Of a DNA stretch of 64,000 nucleotides, positions 28,491 through 39,844 are shown in pieces. The notes beneath the pieces are model-generated. The model did not search any database. It had not been told where the DNA came from and was given only the letters and a program-made list of their open reading frames with translations. The translations under genes and the position numbers were made by a program. The number at the start of each line of letters is the position of its first letter. Position 1 is the stretch's first letter. This stretch comes from an uncultured delta proteobacterium. GTDB lineage: Bacteria > Desulfobacterota > Binatia > UBA9968. The stretch is from positions 138,061-202,060 of the forward strand of contig CAVTUQ010000022.1 of assembly GCA_963737905.1 (NCBI GenBank), written 5' to 3'.

Positions 28491-29230
28491 TTCTAAAAGA
28501 TCAAATTGGCATAGTCACAGGCGGAAGCCGGGGCATCGGGCGGGCGGTTGTTTTGGCGCTCGGGCGCCTGGGGGCTCACGTGATCATCAACTATCGAGGC
28601 AATCAAACGGCAGCCCAGGGGACCTTACAGGAACTGGTCAACCAGGGTGGGCATGGCGAGATCAGTCAGTTTGATGTTTCAAATGAAAATCAGATAGCAG
28701 AGGCGATCAAGAAAATCGTTGACCATCATAAAAAAATTGATATTCTGGTCAACAATGCCGGTGTAACCTCTGACAATCTCTTGATTCGGATGAGGTCAGA
28801 GGATTGGGAGCAGGTTGTCGGAACCAACCTCAAGGGCACGCTCTTTTGCACGAAGTGTGCGTGCCGGATCATGATCCGCCAGCGGTCTGGGAGGATCATC
28901 AATCTGTCCTCGGTGGTAGGGCAGATGGGTAATGCCGGCCAGTCACTGTATGCCTCCACCAAAGCAGGCATTATTGGATTCACCAAAGCTATGGCAAGGG
29001 AAGTCGCTTCAAGGGGCATTACCGTAAACGCGGTGGCCCCAGGTTTCATTGAAACCGAAATGACCGCACAACTATCCGCCAAAATGCAAGAGGAATTTCT
29101 AGGTTCTATACCCCTGGGCCGTTTTGGCACTTGCGACGAAGTCGCGGAGTTGGTCGCTTTTCTTGCTGGGCCTGGGGCTGGATATATTACCGGACAAGTG
29201 CTTAGTGTTAATGGCGGGCTTTACATGTGA
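28487..29230 (+). CDS. fabG: 3-oxoacyl-ACP reductase
   Basis: TGGSRGIG, NNAG, SSVVG..GN.GQ..YASTK, PGFIET, YITGQ; position in the fab cluster. Confidence 0.95.
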   Translation: MILKDQIGIVTGGSRGIGRAVVLALGRLGAHVIINYRGNQTAAQGTLQELVNQGGHGEISQFDVSNENQIAEAIKKIVDHHKKIDILVNNAGVTSDNLLIRMRSEDWEQVVGTNLKGTLFCTKCACRIMIRQRSGRIINLSSVVGQMGNAGQSLYASTKAGIIGFTKAMAREVASRGITVNAVAPGFIETEMTAQLSAKMQEEFLGSIPLGRFGTCDEVAELVAFLAGPGAGYITGQVLSVNGGLYM

Positions 29231-29259
29231 GGAAAACGTAGGCAGGAGGTGAGATAAAG

Positions 29260-29496
29260 ATGGCAGCATCTGTTCAGACCAGGGTGAAGGAAATTGTCTG
29301 TGAGCAGCTTGGGGTGAGTGAGGAGGAAGTAACTCCTGAAGCGTCATTTATAGAAGACCTGGGAGCGGATTCCCTGGATATCGTGGAGTTGGTGATGGCG
29401 CTGGAGGAGGAATACGAAATGGAGATCTCCGACGAGGACGCGGAAAAAATCAAGACTGTCCAGGATGTAATCACCTACATCGAGAGCCACCGCTAA
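29260..29496 (+). CDS. acpP: Acyl carrier protein
   Basis: [19 protein letters not shown]; AGGAGG RBS. Confidence 0.97.
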   Translation: MAASVQTRVKEIVCEQLGVSEEEVTPEASFIEDLGADSLDIVELVMALEEEYEMEISDEDAEKIKTVQDVITYIESHR

Positions 29497-29570
29497 TTTC
29501 TCCAAGTTGCAGCGAGGAATTAAAATGGCGCGGTGATGGCGTAAAGCAGTCGCCGCAAATCGAACTGGAG

Positions 29571-29617
29571 ATCGCAGGGGGCGTGGTGTTGAACCAATCC
29601 CACTCCTGCGATTTTTT
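29571..29617 (+). terminator. Putative intrinsic terminator after acpP
   Basis: ATCGCAGG...CCTGCGAT stem followed by a T run. Confidence 0.6.
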
Positions 29618-29672
29618 CTATTTACAAGTCAACTGAGTAACTCAAGGCGACTCTAATGGAGAGCGCTTTCGA

Positions 29673-30149
29673 ATGATGATCGCGATTGGCAGTGACCATG
29701 GTGGAGTAGAACTCAAGGACTACTTGATCGATTTGCTACGCTCCCGAGGTGTGGACGTGACGGATTTCGGAACCCGAGGGAGCGAATCCGTCGATTACCC
29801 GGATTTTAGCCGCGAGGTCTCTCTCCGCGTTGCTCAAGCCGAAAGCGCGCGGGGAATCCTGATCTGCACGAGCGGCATCGGCATGTCCATTGCCGCCAAT
29901 AAGTTTCCCGGGGTTCGCGCCGCGTTGGTGGTCGATGTCGATGGCGCGAAAACGAGCCGCGAACACAATAATGCTAATATCCTCGTTCTAAGCGGGGCGA
30001 AGACGGACAAATCAATAGCCCGAGAGATAGTGGAAACGTGGCTCGAAACCCCCTTCGGCGGCGGGAGGCATCAGCGTCGTATTGAAAAGATCACCCAGAT
30101 TGAACGGGATCTGGGTATCCGCATCCCTAACGATCAGACCAAAAAATAA
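29673..30149 (+). CDS. rpiB: Ribose-5-phosphate isomerase B
   Basis: IGSDHGG, SVDYPDF, ICTSGIGMSIAANK..GVRAA, REHNNAN, F.GGRH.RR. Confidence 0.95.
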   Translation: MMIAIGSDHGGVELKDYLIDLLRSRGVDVTDFGTRGSESVDYPDFSREVSLRVAQAESARGILICTSGIGMSIAANKFPGVRAALVVDVDGAKTSREHNNANILVLSGAKTDKSIAREIVETWLETPFGGGRHQRRIEKITQIERDLGIRIPNDQTKK

Positions 30150-30164
30150 TTACGTGAAGGAAGC

Positions 30165-31424
30165 ATGACCATGTCGTTTCTGGAACAAACCGATGCCGAC
30201 GTTTTTTCGGCTATTCAAAAGGAAACCGAAAGGCTCGAGCAAACCCTCGAGCTGATTGCTTCAGAAAACGTTGTCAGCGAAGCTGTGTTGGAAGCCCAGG
30301 GCTGTGTGATGACTAACAAATATGCCGAAGGTTATCCGGGAAAACGGTATTACGGCGGCTGTCAGTTCGTCGACGAAGTCGAATCGTTGGCGATTGGGCG
30401 CGCCAAAAAGCTCTTCGGCGCCGATCATGCTAATGTTCAACCTCATTCTGGAACGCAGGCAAACATGACCGTTTATCTCGCCGCGCTTAAACCTGGGGAT
30501 AGTTATCTGGGCATGAACCTGGCCCATGGCGGTCATCTATCCATGGGTAGCCCGGTCAATTTCTCCGGGATGCTTTATCGCGTCATCCCCTACGGTGTTT
30601 CCGAGGAGACCGAGACGATCGACTATGATGAACTCGAGCGGTTGGCAAAGGAGCACAGACCGAAGTTGATTGTGGCGGGCGCCAGCGCTTATCCGCGGAT
30701 AATCGACTACGCGAGATTTCGGAAAATCGCGGACGATATCGGAGCCTGGCTCATGGTGGATATGGCTCATATCGCGGGTTTGGTGGCAACTGGCTTGCAC
30801 CCGAGCCCGGTGCCCTACGCGGACTTCGTTACCACAACAACCCACAAGACGCTGAGAGGTCCTCGAGGCGGCCTGGTCCTGTGCCGAGCAGAGCATGCCA
30901 AGACGATCGACAGCAAGGTCTTTCCGGGCATGCAGGGCGGACCGCTCATGCACGTCATCGCGGCGAAAGCCGTGGCTTTAAAAGAAGCGCTCGGCCCTGA
31001 GTTCAAAAGTTACCAGCGGCAGATCGTAACGAATGCCCGGGTGCTGGCGCAAGCTCTGATGTTCCAGGGTTTCCGCTTGACCTCCGGGGGGACAGACAAT
31101 CACTTGATGCTCCTTGATCTGCGGAAATCGGAATTGACCGGGAAGGTCGCACAGGAAGCGCTCGATAAGGCGCGCATCACGGTCAACAAAAATGCGGTTC
31201 CCTTTGACACCCGCTCGCCGTTTGTAACCAGCGGCATTCGCATCGGAACTCCGGCGGTGACGACGCGGGGTATGAAGGAGAAAGAGATGGAGCAAATCGG
31301 CGATTTCATCGTCCGTGCTCTCCATCACGTCGCTGATGACCACGCGCTTCAAATCATTGCCGGTGAAGTCGGAGAGCTTTGTCGAAAATTCCCCGTCTAT
31401 CCGCAACGGCTTTCGCGGCGGTAA
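30165..31424 (+). CDS. glyA: Serine hydroxymethyltransferase
   Basis: [58 protein letters not shown]. Confidence 0.97.
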   Translation: MTMSFLEQTDADVFSAIQKETERLEQTLELIASENVVSEAVLEAQGCVMTNKYAEGYPGKRYYGGCQFVDEVESLAIGRAKKLFGADHANVQPHSGTQANMTVYLAALKPGDSYLGMNLAHGGHLSMGSPVNFSGMLYRVIPYGVSEETETIDYDELERLAKEHRPKLIVAGASAYPRIIDYARFRKIADDIGAWLMVDMAHIAGLVATGLHPSPVPYADFVTTTTHKTLRGPRGGLVLCRAEHAKTIDSKVFPGMQGGPLMHVIAAKAVALKEALGPEFKSYQRQIVTNARVLAQALMFQGFRLTSGGTDNHLMLLDLRKSELTGKVAQEALDKARITVNKNAVPFDTRSPFVTSGIRIGTPAVTTRGMKEKEMEQIGDFIVRALHHVADDHALQIIAGEVGELCRKFPVYPQRLSRR

Positions 31425-31535
31425 GGTGGCCCGGGTTCGTGGCTGGATTCCATCGAAGATTGGAATGGTCATGAGCGCCCACGGCTTGTTTCTAATTCCC
31501 CGGCCCATGATGAATTCACAGGTTGGGTGTCCTGC

Positions 31536-32033
31536 ATGAAATGTCCCTTTTGTCATGAGACGGACAACCGCGTTATCGATTCCCGCTTGAGCAAAGACAG
31601 CAACATGATCAGGCGCCGACGGGAGTGCTCTCATTGCAGCCGTCGGTTTACCACCTATGAGCGGGTGGAGGAAATGATGCCGCTGGTGGTTAAGAAAGAC
31701 GGTCGGCGAGAAAGCTACGACCGGATCAAAATCGTCAACGGGTTGAAGCGGGCGTGCGAAAAACGTCCCGTCAGTATCAACACGATAGAAGCGATTGCTG
31801 ACCGCATCGAACGAAATCTTCAAGAGCGGGGAGAAAAAGAAATTCCTAGTTCCGTAATCGGCGAAACTCTCATGCGGGAGCTTCATGACACGGATCAAGT
31901 CGCTTACGTCCGTTTTGCCTCGGTTTACCGCTCCTTCAAAGACATCAATGAATTCATGGTTGAGTTGGAAGAACTCATCAAAGAGCGAAAAAGCGTGCCG
32001 GCGTCAAACTCAAGCCGGCCAAGGAGGGAATAG
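31536..32033 (+). CDS. nrdR: Transcriptional repressor NrdR
   Basis: MKCPFC...[39 protein letters not shown]. Confidence 0.97.
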   Translation: MKCPFCHETDNRVIDSRLSKDSNMIRRRRECSHCSRRFTTYERVEEMMPLVVKKDGRRESYDRIKIVNGLKRACEKRPVSINTIEAIADRIERNLQERGEKEIPSSVIGETLMRELHDTDQVAYVRFASVYRSFKDINEFMVELEELIKERKSVPASNSSRPRRE

Positions 32034-32038
32034 CGCAT

Positions 32039-33166
32039 TTGTCCGACCGGTCCTGGACGGATTTGGATAGACGTTACCTACGCAAGGCTTGTCGTCTCGC
32101 CCTTAAAGCGGCGGGCAGGACCAGTCCGAATCCAATGGTCGGCGCCGTGCTGGTGCGAGACGGGAAAGTCATTGCCACAGGTTTTCACAGAATCGCCGGC
32201 GCAGACCACGCGGAGATCGTTGCGCTCAAACGCGCGGGCGCGAAAGCCAAAGGAGCCACTCTCTACATCAACCTGGAGCCTTGCAGCCACTACGGCCGTA
32301 CTCCACCCTGTTCACAGTCACTGATCCAAGCAGGAATTAAAGAAGTCGTAGCCGGTATGAAGGACCCAAATCCCCTGGTCGGGGGCAGGGGTCTTCGAGA
32401 GCTCAAGCGGGCGGGCATCCAAGTCCGGGTCGGGCTCTTGGAGCAAGAGTGTCGGACGCTCAACGAGGCGTTTACAAAATATATTACGCGGGGGCTCCCG
32501 TTTGTTATCCTGAAGCTAGCGGCCTCACTGGACGGAAAAATCGCGGCCGTGACCGGCGACGCCCGCTGGATTAGCAGCGAGGATTCCCGTCACATGGTCC
32601 ATGAACTACGGAATCAGGTGGACGCTATCGTTACAGGAGTGGGAACGGTGATAACCGATGATCCACAATTGACCTGTAGAATTCCCAATGGTCGAAACCC
32701 CTGGCGAGTAATTTTGGATTCCCGTCTTCGTATCTCGCTTTCCGCCAAGCTTTTGCGTCAGCCCGATCCTGAAAGGAGCATTATTGTCACCAGCGAACGG
32801 TCGTCCCACCAAAAAGCCCATGCCATCGAATCTTTGGGAGCCCGGGTTTGGCGAGTAAAACTGCGACATGGAAGAATTCTTTGGAGGGCGATCTTGCGGA
32901 AACTTGCGGCCAAGGGCGTGCTGAGCGTGATGATCGAGGGCGGGGCGACGACCGCGGCGTGGGCGTTGCAAGAAAAGGCGGTGGACAAAGTCTTGTGTTT
33001 CTACGCCCCGATTATTCTAGGCGGCGACGGCCGGGTCATGATTGATGCTCTGGGAGTCAAACGTGTCAAGCAGGCCATTCGAGTCCGGGGAATGCGAGTG
33101 CAAAAGTCGGGGACCGATACCCTTGTTTCCGCCTATCTCTGCAATGGCTCTCCTTCCCGGCGTTAA
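32039..33166 (+). CDS. ribD: Riboflavin biosynthesis deaminase/reductase
   Basis: PNPMVGA, HAE, LEPCSHYGRTPPC, K.A.SLDGKIA, WIS, DDPQLT.R, IEGG. Confidence 0.95.
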   Translation: MSDRSWTDLDRRYLRKACRLALKAAGRTSPNPMVGAVLVRDGKVIATGFHRIAGADHAEIVALKRAGAKAKGATLYINLEPCSHYGRTPPCSQSLIQAGIKEVVAGMKDPNPLVGGRGLRELKRAGIQVRVGLLEQECRTLNEAFTKYITRGLPFVILKLAASLDGKIAAVTGDARWISSEDSRHMVHELRNQVDAIVTGVGTVITDDPQLTCRIPNGRNPWRVILDSRLRISLSAKLLRQPDPERSIIVTSERSSHQKAHAIESLGARVWRVKLRHGRILWRAILRKLAAKGVLSVMIEGGATTAAWALQEKAVDKVLCFYAPIILGGDGRVMIDALGVKRVKQAIRVRGMRVQKSGTDTLVSAYLCNGSPSRR

Positions 33167-33198
33167 AGCGCGCGCGATCAAAGATAAATTCTAAGCCT

Positions 33199-33792
33199 AT
33201 GTTTACGGGTTTAATAGAAGACGTGGGGAGAATTGCCTCGCTACGGTTGGATAAAAAGTCGGCGGTTTTAACCGTCGAGACCAGCCTTCCCGTAGGGCCG
33301 ATGGAACTGGGCGCCAGCATCGCTGTCAATGGAGCTTGTTTGACGGTAGTTAAAAAAGGCAAGCGCAGATTTACAGTGGATGTCTCGCCTGAAACATTAA
33401 ATCGCACTAGCCTGGCGATACTCGCAACCGGCAGCTGGGTCAATCTCGAACGGCCATTGCGGCTCCAAGACCGGATGGGAGGCCATTTGGTTACGGGGCA
33501 CATCGATGGAGTTGCGGTTGTCGAGTCGATAGCAACACGAGGCGAGTTTACCTTTTTCACGTTTCGTGTTCCGGCAGGGTTGGGAGCTCTCCTGGTATCC
33601 AAGGGGTCGGTGGCCGTGGACGGCATTAGCCTGACCATAAATGAATGTAGCCGTCGACGCTTCGCAACCGCGATTATCCCGTTTACCTTGGAGCACACTA
33701 ATTTGCGCGCCCGTAGGGTTGGTGATAAAGTCAACATCGAAACTGATCTGATCGGAAAATACGTGCAAAAGTTTGTCAAGGCGCTGAATTAG
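33199..33792 (+). CDS. ribE: Riboflavin synthase (alpha chain)
   Basis: MFTGLIE, SIAVNGACLT, VNLER, GGHLVTGHID, KGSVAVDGISLT, VNIETD. Confidence 0.95.
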   Translation: MFTGLIEDVGRIASLRLDKKSAVLTVETSLPVGPMELGASIAVNGACLTVVKKGKRRFTVDVSPETLNRTSLAILATGSWVNLERPLRLQDRMGGHLVTGHIDGVAVVESIATRGEFTFFTFRVPAGLGALLVSKGSVAVDGISLTINECSRRRFATAIIPFTLEHTNLRARRVGDKVNIETDLIGKYVQKFVKALN

Positions 33793-33831
33793 GCTCAACT
33801 TTCAGCCATCTAACACCCCTGATTCTAGGTT

Positions 33832-35058
33832 ATGTCGCTGGCAACCATTGAGGAAGGTATTAAGGAACTCCGCGAAGGTCGGATGGTCATCCTCGTAAAC
33901 GAGGAAAGGTCCGACAGCGACGGTTTCTTTTGTATCCCCGCGGAAAAGGTGACGACCGAGATTATTAATCACATGCTGCGCGACGGTCGGGGAATTATCT
34001 ACGTGACATTGACCGATGAAAGGATTCGGGAGTTGGGCATTCCGCTGGTTGCGGAGGAGAACAGCAGTTTGTCTGGGCTCCTGTGTGGCGCATCTTTTTC
34101 CGTAAGATTGGAAGGTGTGCATGGCGTGTCGGCTCAGGGTCGAGCCCACACGATTCAAGCCGCCATCGCCGATCAAACCAAGCATGAAGACCTGGTGATT
34201 CCCGGCCATGTGCAGCCCCTCCAGGCGCGCAGTGGTGGGGTGCTGGCGCGTTCCGGCCGGACGGATGCTTCGGTGGATTTGGCCCGATTAGCGGGGTTCA
34301 AACCTGCCGGCGTGATCTGTCAAATCCTGGAAGAGAACGGTTCCCTTGCTTTACTTCCGTATCTGGAGCGTTTGGCCGAACGGCAAGGAGTCAAGATCGT
34401 TTCGGTTACCGGATTGATCGCCTATCGATTGCGGAACGAGAGCATGGTTAAACGCGTTGCCGAGGAAGTTTTTCCCACTATCCATGGCGGCGTGTATAAA
34501 GCCATTGTTTATCGCAACGAGGTTGACGGTTCTGAGCATATGGCCCTCGTCAAAGGGGATATTGGGGATGCGACGGGTGTGTTGGTGCGTTTACATTCGG
34601 AGTGTCTTACGGGCGATGTCTTTGGTTCGGAGCGTTGCGATTGCGGCGATCAGATACGGCAGTCGCTGAAACTAATCGACCAGCAAGGTAAAGGCGTGTT
34701 GGTTTATATGCATCAGGAAGGCAGAGGCATCGGTCTTACCAACAAGATCAAGGCCTATGCCTTGCAAGACAAAGGTTTGGATACGGTTGAAGCTAATCTT
34801 GAATTGGGCTTCAAAGAGGATCTCCGGGACTACGGCATTGGCGCCCAGATGTTGCGCGATCTCGGCGTTCAAAGCATCCGTTTGTTGACCAACAATCCGC
34901 GCAAAATCCTCGGCCTCGAAGGGTACGGACTTAAAGTGGAAGAACGGGTGCCACTGGAGATTCCGCCCCGCGAAACCAATATTCACTATCTTCGCACGAA
35001 ACAGAGTAAGCTCGGGCATATTTTTTCCAACCTCGAATCCAAGCCCGCCAAACAGTAA
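33832..35058 (+). CDS. ribBA: RibBA-type fusion: degenerate DHBP-synthase domain plus intact GTP cyclohydrolase II
   Basis: C-half has [47 protein letters not shown]; N-half has the RibB layout but lacks DDEDRENEGD, RxGHTE and CE motifs. Confidence 0.9.
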   Translation: MSLATIEEGIKELREGRMVILVNEERSDSDGFFCIPAEKVTTEIINHMLRDGRGIIYVTLTDERIRELGIPLVAEENSSLSGLLCGASFSVRLEGVHGVSAQGRAHTIQAAIADQTKHEDLVIPGHVQPLQARSGGVLARSGRTDASVDLARLAGFKPAGVICQILEENGSLALLPYLERLAERQGVKIVSVTGLIAYRLRNESMVKRVAEEVFPTIHGGVYKAIVYRNEVDGSEHMALVKGDIGDATGVLVRLHSECLTGDVFGSERCDCGDQIRQSLKLIDQQGKGVLVYMHQEGRGIGLTNKIKAYALQDKGLDTVEANLELGFKEDLRDYGIGAQMLRDLGVQSIRLLTNNPRKILGLEGYGLKVEERVPLEIPPRETNIHYLRTKQSKLGHIFSNLESKPAKQ

Positions 35059-35081
35059 CTGCCTGCAGTCGCGTAGGGCTC

Positions 35082-35552
35082 ATGACGAAGATTATTGAAG
35101 GCAAGCTTGATGCACGGGGAATCAAGATCGGTATTATCGTAAGCCGGTTCAATAATTTCATAACGGAAAAGTTACTGGACGGAGCGTTGGATGGATTGAA
35201 GAGCCATGGCGGCGAAGAGGACGATGTTACTGTTGTTCGTGTTCCCGGCGCATTCGAAATACCTTTGCTGGCCGAGCGAATGGCGGGCAGTGGAAAATAC
35301 GATGCGCTGGTTTGTTTAGGCGCGGTGATTCGGGGGGATACGCCGCATTTCGAATATGTATCGGACGCGGTGACCCGCGGACTCGGGGAGGCCATGTCAA
35401 AGTACCGGATTCCCATCGGCTTTGGGGTTTTGACGACGAATAACGTCGAGCAAGCCATGGAACGCTCCGGCTCCAAGGACGCCAATAAGGGATACGAGGC
35501 GGCCCTGACAGCCATCGAGATGATCAATGTCCTTCGCCAGCTCACAGAATAA
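35082..35552 (+). CDS. ribH: 6,7-dimethyl-8-ribityllumazine synthase
   Basis: [43 protein letters not shown]. Confidence 0.97.
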   Translation: MTKIIEGKLDARGIKIGIIVSRFNNFITEKLLDGALDGLKSHGGEEDDVTVVRVPGAFEIPLLAERMAGSGKYDALVCLGAVIRGDTPHFEYVSDAVTRGLGEAMSKYRIPIGFGVLTTNNVEQAMERSGSKDANKGYEAALTAIEMINVLRQLTE

Positions 35553-35609
35553 ACAACCAGTCCGTATTGGTGGCCCGATCAAGAGTCCAAACAACGACGG
35601 TGCTTGATC

Positions 35610-36026
35610 ATGGGAACTAGACGCAAGGGCAGGGAACTGGCCCTCCAAGCTTTATACCAGATCGAGATAACTGGCGACGCTTCGGCAGCCGCTGTGGATC
35701 TCTTTCTTAGTCATTTCGAAGGCAGTGGAGAAGCAAAGGAATTTGCGCGCCGTTTGGTATCGGGAGTCGTGAGTCAGCGGGTGGAAATCGATCGACTCAT
35801 CCAAAAATGCACTGAGCACTGGAAGTTGCTGCGCATGGCGAAGGTGGATCTTGTGATTCTGCGCATGGCGACCTACGAGCTGGTTTTTTGCCCGGATATC
35901 CCGTTGAACGTTAGTTTGGATGAAGCGATCGAGATCGGCAAACGCTTTGGCACGGACGACTCCCCAACCTTCATCAATGGCGTGTTGGATCAGGTGGCCC
36001 ACTCAAGCGGCGCAAAATTGCCATAA
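35610..36026 (+). CDS. nusB: Transcription antitermination factor NusB
   Basis: RRKGRELALQALYQ, W...R...VD..ILR, DEAIEIGK.FG, FINGVLD. Confidence 0.95.
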   Translation: MGTRRKGRELALQALYQIEITGDASAAAVDLFLSHFEGSGEAKEFARRLVSGVVSQRVEIDRLIQKCTEHWKLLRMAKVDLVILRMATYELVFCPDIPLNVSLDEAIEIGKRFGTDDSPTFINGVLDQVAHSSGAKLP

Positions 36027-36035
36027 TCCTCAAAA

Positions 36036-38515
36036 ATGGAAGCTCGGTATCAGGCGAAGGTCATCGAAGACAAGTGGCAGCGGATTTGGGAGGAGAACAA
36101 AACTTTCCAAGTCACAGAGGATTTAAGAAAACCCAAGTACTATGTCCTTGAGATGTTTCCCTATCCCTCCGGACGCATCCACATGGGTCACGTGCGCGTG
36201 TATGCGATTGGCGACGTGATCGCCCGCTTTAGACGAATGAGGGGCTACAACGTACTCCACCCTATGGGATGGGATGCCTTTGGGCTTCCCGCGGAGAATG
36301 CTGCGATCGAACGTGGGATTCACCCTGCAAAATGGACGACGGAAAATATTGTCTACATGCGGGATCAGCTGAAGAAAATGGGAATCTCTTACGACTGGGA
36401 GCGTGAAATCGCCACCTGTGACCCGGATTACTATCGTTGGGAACAACTGGTCTTCATCCGGATGCTCCAGCGCGGGTTGGCATACCGCAAGCGCTCCAGT
36501 GTCAATTGGTGCCCCTCGTGCCAGACGGTTCTGGCCAACGAGCAGGTCGAAGGTGGCCGTTGTTGGCGGTGCGAGTCCGAGGTCAGCAAGCGTGATATCG
36601 CCGGCTGGTTCTTCAAAATCACGGATTACGCCGATGAATTGTTGGATTGGTGCGATCGACTGTCGGGCTGGCCCGAACGCGTCATCACCATGCAGAAGAA
36701 CTGGATCGGGCGTAGCGAGGGTGCGGAGTTCGACCTACCGGTTGCCGGGCCGGCCGGATCTGAAGATCCGGGTGTTTACTACACGGCCCGACACCGCATT
36801 CGGCATGACTTACGCTGTACTCGCGCCCGAACATCCGCTGGTGGACCGATTGGTGACCGAGCCGGGTGAGCGGGCGGAGGTGGAACGCTTCCGCGCTCAA
36901 GTGCTCAAGCAGTCTGAGCAGGAACGCGTGGCTGAAGACCGGCCCAAGCATGGCCTCAGGCTCTCTGCCCAGGTGGTCAATCCCTTTAATGGGAGGGAGA
37001 TACCGCTGTTTATCGCCGACTATGTGCTCATGATCTACGGCACTGGAGCTATCATGGCGGTACCTGGAGAGGACCAGCGAGACTGGGATTTCGCGAGGAC
37101 GCACGGGCTCGACATCATCGAGACGGTGAGCCGGCCGGTGAACTGGACCGGCGAGTCGTACACCGGTGACGGCATCAAAATCAATTCAGGTTTTCTCAAT
37201 GGACTTACAGTGGCCGACGCCAAACGGCGGGCGATCGACTGGCTAGTCGACGGGGGGCCTCGGAGAAGCGAGGGTCAACTATCGCCTGCGTGACTGGGGA
37301 ATAAGCCGCCAGCGCTATTGGGGTGCGCCGATTCCCGTGGTCTATTGCGACGCTTGTGGCATGGTGCCCGAAAAGGAGGAAAATCTCCCGGTCGTGCTGC
37401 CGCAGGATGTCCAAATCAGCGGCAAGGGAGGCTCACCGCTGTCTGCCCACGCCGCGTTCGTCAGCACCGCCTGTCCGCGTTGCGGCGGTCCCGCGCGGCG
37501 CGAGACCGACACGATGGATACTTTTGTAGAGTCATCCTGGTACTTCCTCCGTTACTGCTCGCCTCACTTTGAGGGAGGCATAGTCGAGCGGGACGCGGCA
37601 GCGTACTGGATGCCCGTGGATCAATACATCGGTGGTATCGAGCATGCGGTGCTTCATCTCCTTTACGCGCGGTTTTACACCAAGGTGCTGCGCGATCTCG
37701 GACTGGTCAAGGTGGACGAGCCGTTCAATGCGCTCCTGTCCCAAGGCATGGTTGTCAAGGACGGCGCCAAGATGTCAAAGTCGAAGGGCAACGTCGTCTC
37801 CGACGATGTGATCCGCGACAAATACGGCGCCGACACCGGACGATTGTTCGAGCTTTTTGCTGGTCCTCCGGAAAAGGATCTGGAGTGGAGCGATCAAGGT
37901 GTGGAAGGGGCCTATAGGTTTCTTACTCGTTTGTGGCGTTTCACTTTCCAGCATCGCGAGGCTCTAATCGCAGTGAGGTCGGATGTTTCGCAAAGCGGCC
38001 TTCCTGGTGATCTGAGGGATCTTTTTCGGTTGATTCATAGGACCATTAAGAAGGTCACTGAAGATATCGAGTCGAGATTTCACTTCAACACGGCGATTGC
38101 AGCGATTATGGAACTCTTCAACGCTCTCAGTGCCAGCGTGCAAGATGAATCGAAGCTCGAAGCAGGGACGCCGGTCATCAAAGCAGGGTTGGAAACGATT
38201 ATCACCATGCTTTACCCTTTTGTGCCTCACATCGCGAGCGAGTTGTGGGAGTCTCTAGATCATCGAGACCGTCTGGATGCCGTTACTTGGCCGCAATACT
38301 CGGAACAGGCCCTCGAAGAAGAACAGCTGTTGATCGTTGTCCAAGTCAACGGCAAAGTACGAGGGAAAATTACCGTTTCTTCCGACCTGGACCAAGGCCG
38401 GATTGAGTCGGAGGCTTTGCAGGATCAGAAAGTGAGAACTTTTCTCGATGGTAAAAAGGTGCAAAAGGTTATTCACGTCCCGCGTCGGCTTGTCAATATC
38501 GTAGTGGAGGGCTAA
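36036..38515 (+). CDS. leuS: Leucine--tRNA ligase (two apparent +1 G frameshifts, ~36748 and ~37255)
   Basis: [39 protein letters not shown], restored [44 protein letters not shown]; three ORFs join. Confidence 0.95.
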
Positions 38516-38519
38516 GAGG

Positions 38520-39128
38520 GTGGGCAAGAACTGGGTATTCCAATCTTTTATCTGGCTGTGCGCTTATCTCGCGTTTTCATGTCTGCTCGGTTGTGGTTAT
38601 CAGTTCGCGGGACGGAGCGATCAGTTTCCCAAGGACATTCACTCCGTATACGTGGAACCGTTTCTTAATCGAACTCGGGACGTTGGCCTGGGGCCCGAGA
38701 TAACCACAGCGCTACGGGGCGAGTTGTATCGCAGAGGCGAGCTGCAAGTCGTGGATCAGGCGGATCGGGCGGATGCGATCTTGAGTGGAGTTGTGCGATC
38801 TTTCGATAGCCTAACAGCGTCGGTAAACCAAGATGCCGAGGTCCTCCAGTTTGAAGCCACATTGATTGTCGACACAACGTTTCGCCGCCGGGAGCCGAGT
38901 GAAATACTGTGGCGCGGCCAGGATATTCGGTTAACTGAGATCTATGCCGGTCAGCGAGCCGCGGATGTCACTACATCATCACAGTTTCAAAACCAAACGT
39001 TGAATACCTCGGACGTGCGTAGGTTGACGGATATCCAGCTGACGGAAACAGAAAGTCGCCGGATGCGAGAGAATTTGATGGAGCGTTTCGCCCGGGAACT
39101 CCACCAGAGATTAATGGAAATGTTTTGA
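38520..39128 (+). CDS. lptE: LPS-assembly lipoprotein LptE-like
   Basis: Lipobox LLGC-GY; V..F.N.T, ADAIL.G.V; directly downstream of leuS. Confidence 0.8.
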   Translation: MGKNWVFQSFIWLCAYLAFSCLLGCGYQFAGRSDQFPKDIHSVYVEPFLNRTRDVGLGPEITTALRGELYRRGELQVVDQADRADAILSGVVRSFDSLTASVNQDAEVLQFEATLIVDTTFRRREPSEILWRGQDIRLTEIYAGQRAADVTTSSQFQNQTLNTSDVRRLTDIQLTETESRRMRENLMERFARELHQRLMEMF

Positions 39129-39185
39129 GGGGCAATGTGATGCCCTGATAAGAACCACGGGGGGCTGCGCCCGGAAATCAGAATG

Positions 39186-39458
39186 TCATAAGGCCGTCGC
39201 AGTGGGGCCCGCTGACCGGGAGAGTCGCGATAGCCACCGAGAGGCTGTGTTACGCGTGATCGTTCCTTTGCCGACGGCTTTGCCTAAGGCACGGTTGACC
39301 GCTCTGATCTGAACGGAAACGGTATCCGGATTGCTCGACTCGATTGCCTGCCGCGCCTTTTTGATCAAGGTCCTCAGCTTGGTTTTCGATTCCATGTTTC
39401 TTGCCCGTCTTTTTTCGCTCTGGCGATGCCGCTTTATGACTGATGGATGGATAGCCAA
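39186..39458 (-). CDS. rpsT: 30S ribosomal protein S20
   Basis: H.S.IKRHRQSEKRRARN...KT.LRT.IKK, KA..KG.I..N.ASR..SRL; AGGAGG RBS before TTG start. Confidence 0.93.
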   Translation of the reverse strand: MAIHPSVIKRHRQSEKRRARNMESKTKLRTLIKKARQAIESSNPDTVSVQIRAVNRALGKAVGKGTITRNTASRWLSRLSRSAGPTATAL

Positions 39459-39570
39459 ATAATTCCTCCTCAAATGAATGCAGCTTTTCTAACATCTACC
39501 TTCCAAGGAGTCAATGTGGAAAAGCGAGATGGATACTCGGCGACTGCCCGTTCAGTGTTGGTGGGTTGAT

Positions 39571-39595
39571 TCCCCGCGCAGCTTGCTGCAGGGGT
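39571..39595. repeat. CCCCGCAGCTTGCTGCGGGG-type palindromic REP-like hairpin (degenerate)
   Basis: TCCCCGCGCAGCTTGCTGCAGGGGT imperfect palindrome. Confidence 0.5.
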
Positions 39596-39844
39596 ATTGA
39601 TTCGAAGACACTTTCTGACTCCTTTTGCATGTCGAATGTGGCATCTTGCGGTGTTTTGGGTGAAAGCTCCTTTCCCAGGTCTGAGTAGAATATATATCCG
39701 TCTAAGTGATCAAAATTGCCATTAACTCCACGTTTTGAATAAAGTTGATAAGTTGGCTGATTTAAAGGGAATTTATTGGCGTGAAATTGGGCATTTCGCT
39801 AAACTGCGCTATTTTTAGCCTTCTGCTTGACCCCTTGAATTACT

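Noticed and set aside
31425-33200. FMN riboswitch ahead of the rib genes
   Set aside because: The spacers before ribD and ribE are only 5-32 bp, and no RFN consensus motif is visible in the glyA-nrdR spacer.
36036-38515. leuS as a pseudogene, split enzyme or programmed-frameshift gene
   Set aside because: Both breaks are single extra Gs in G runs, all motifs are intact and the gene is essential; sequencing error is simpler.
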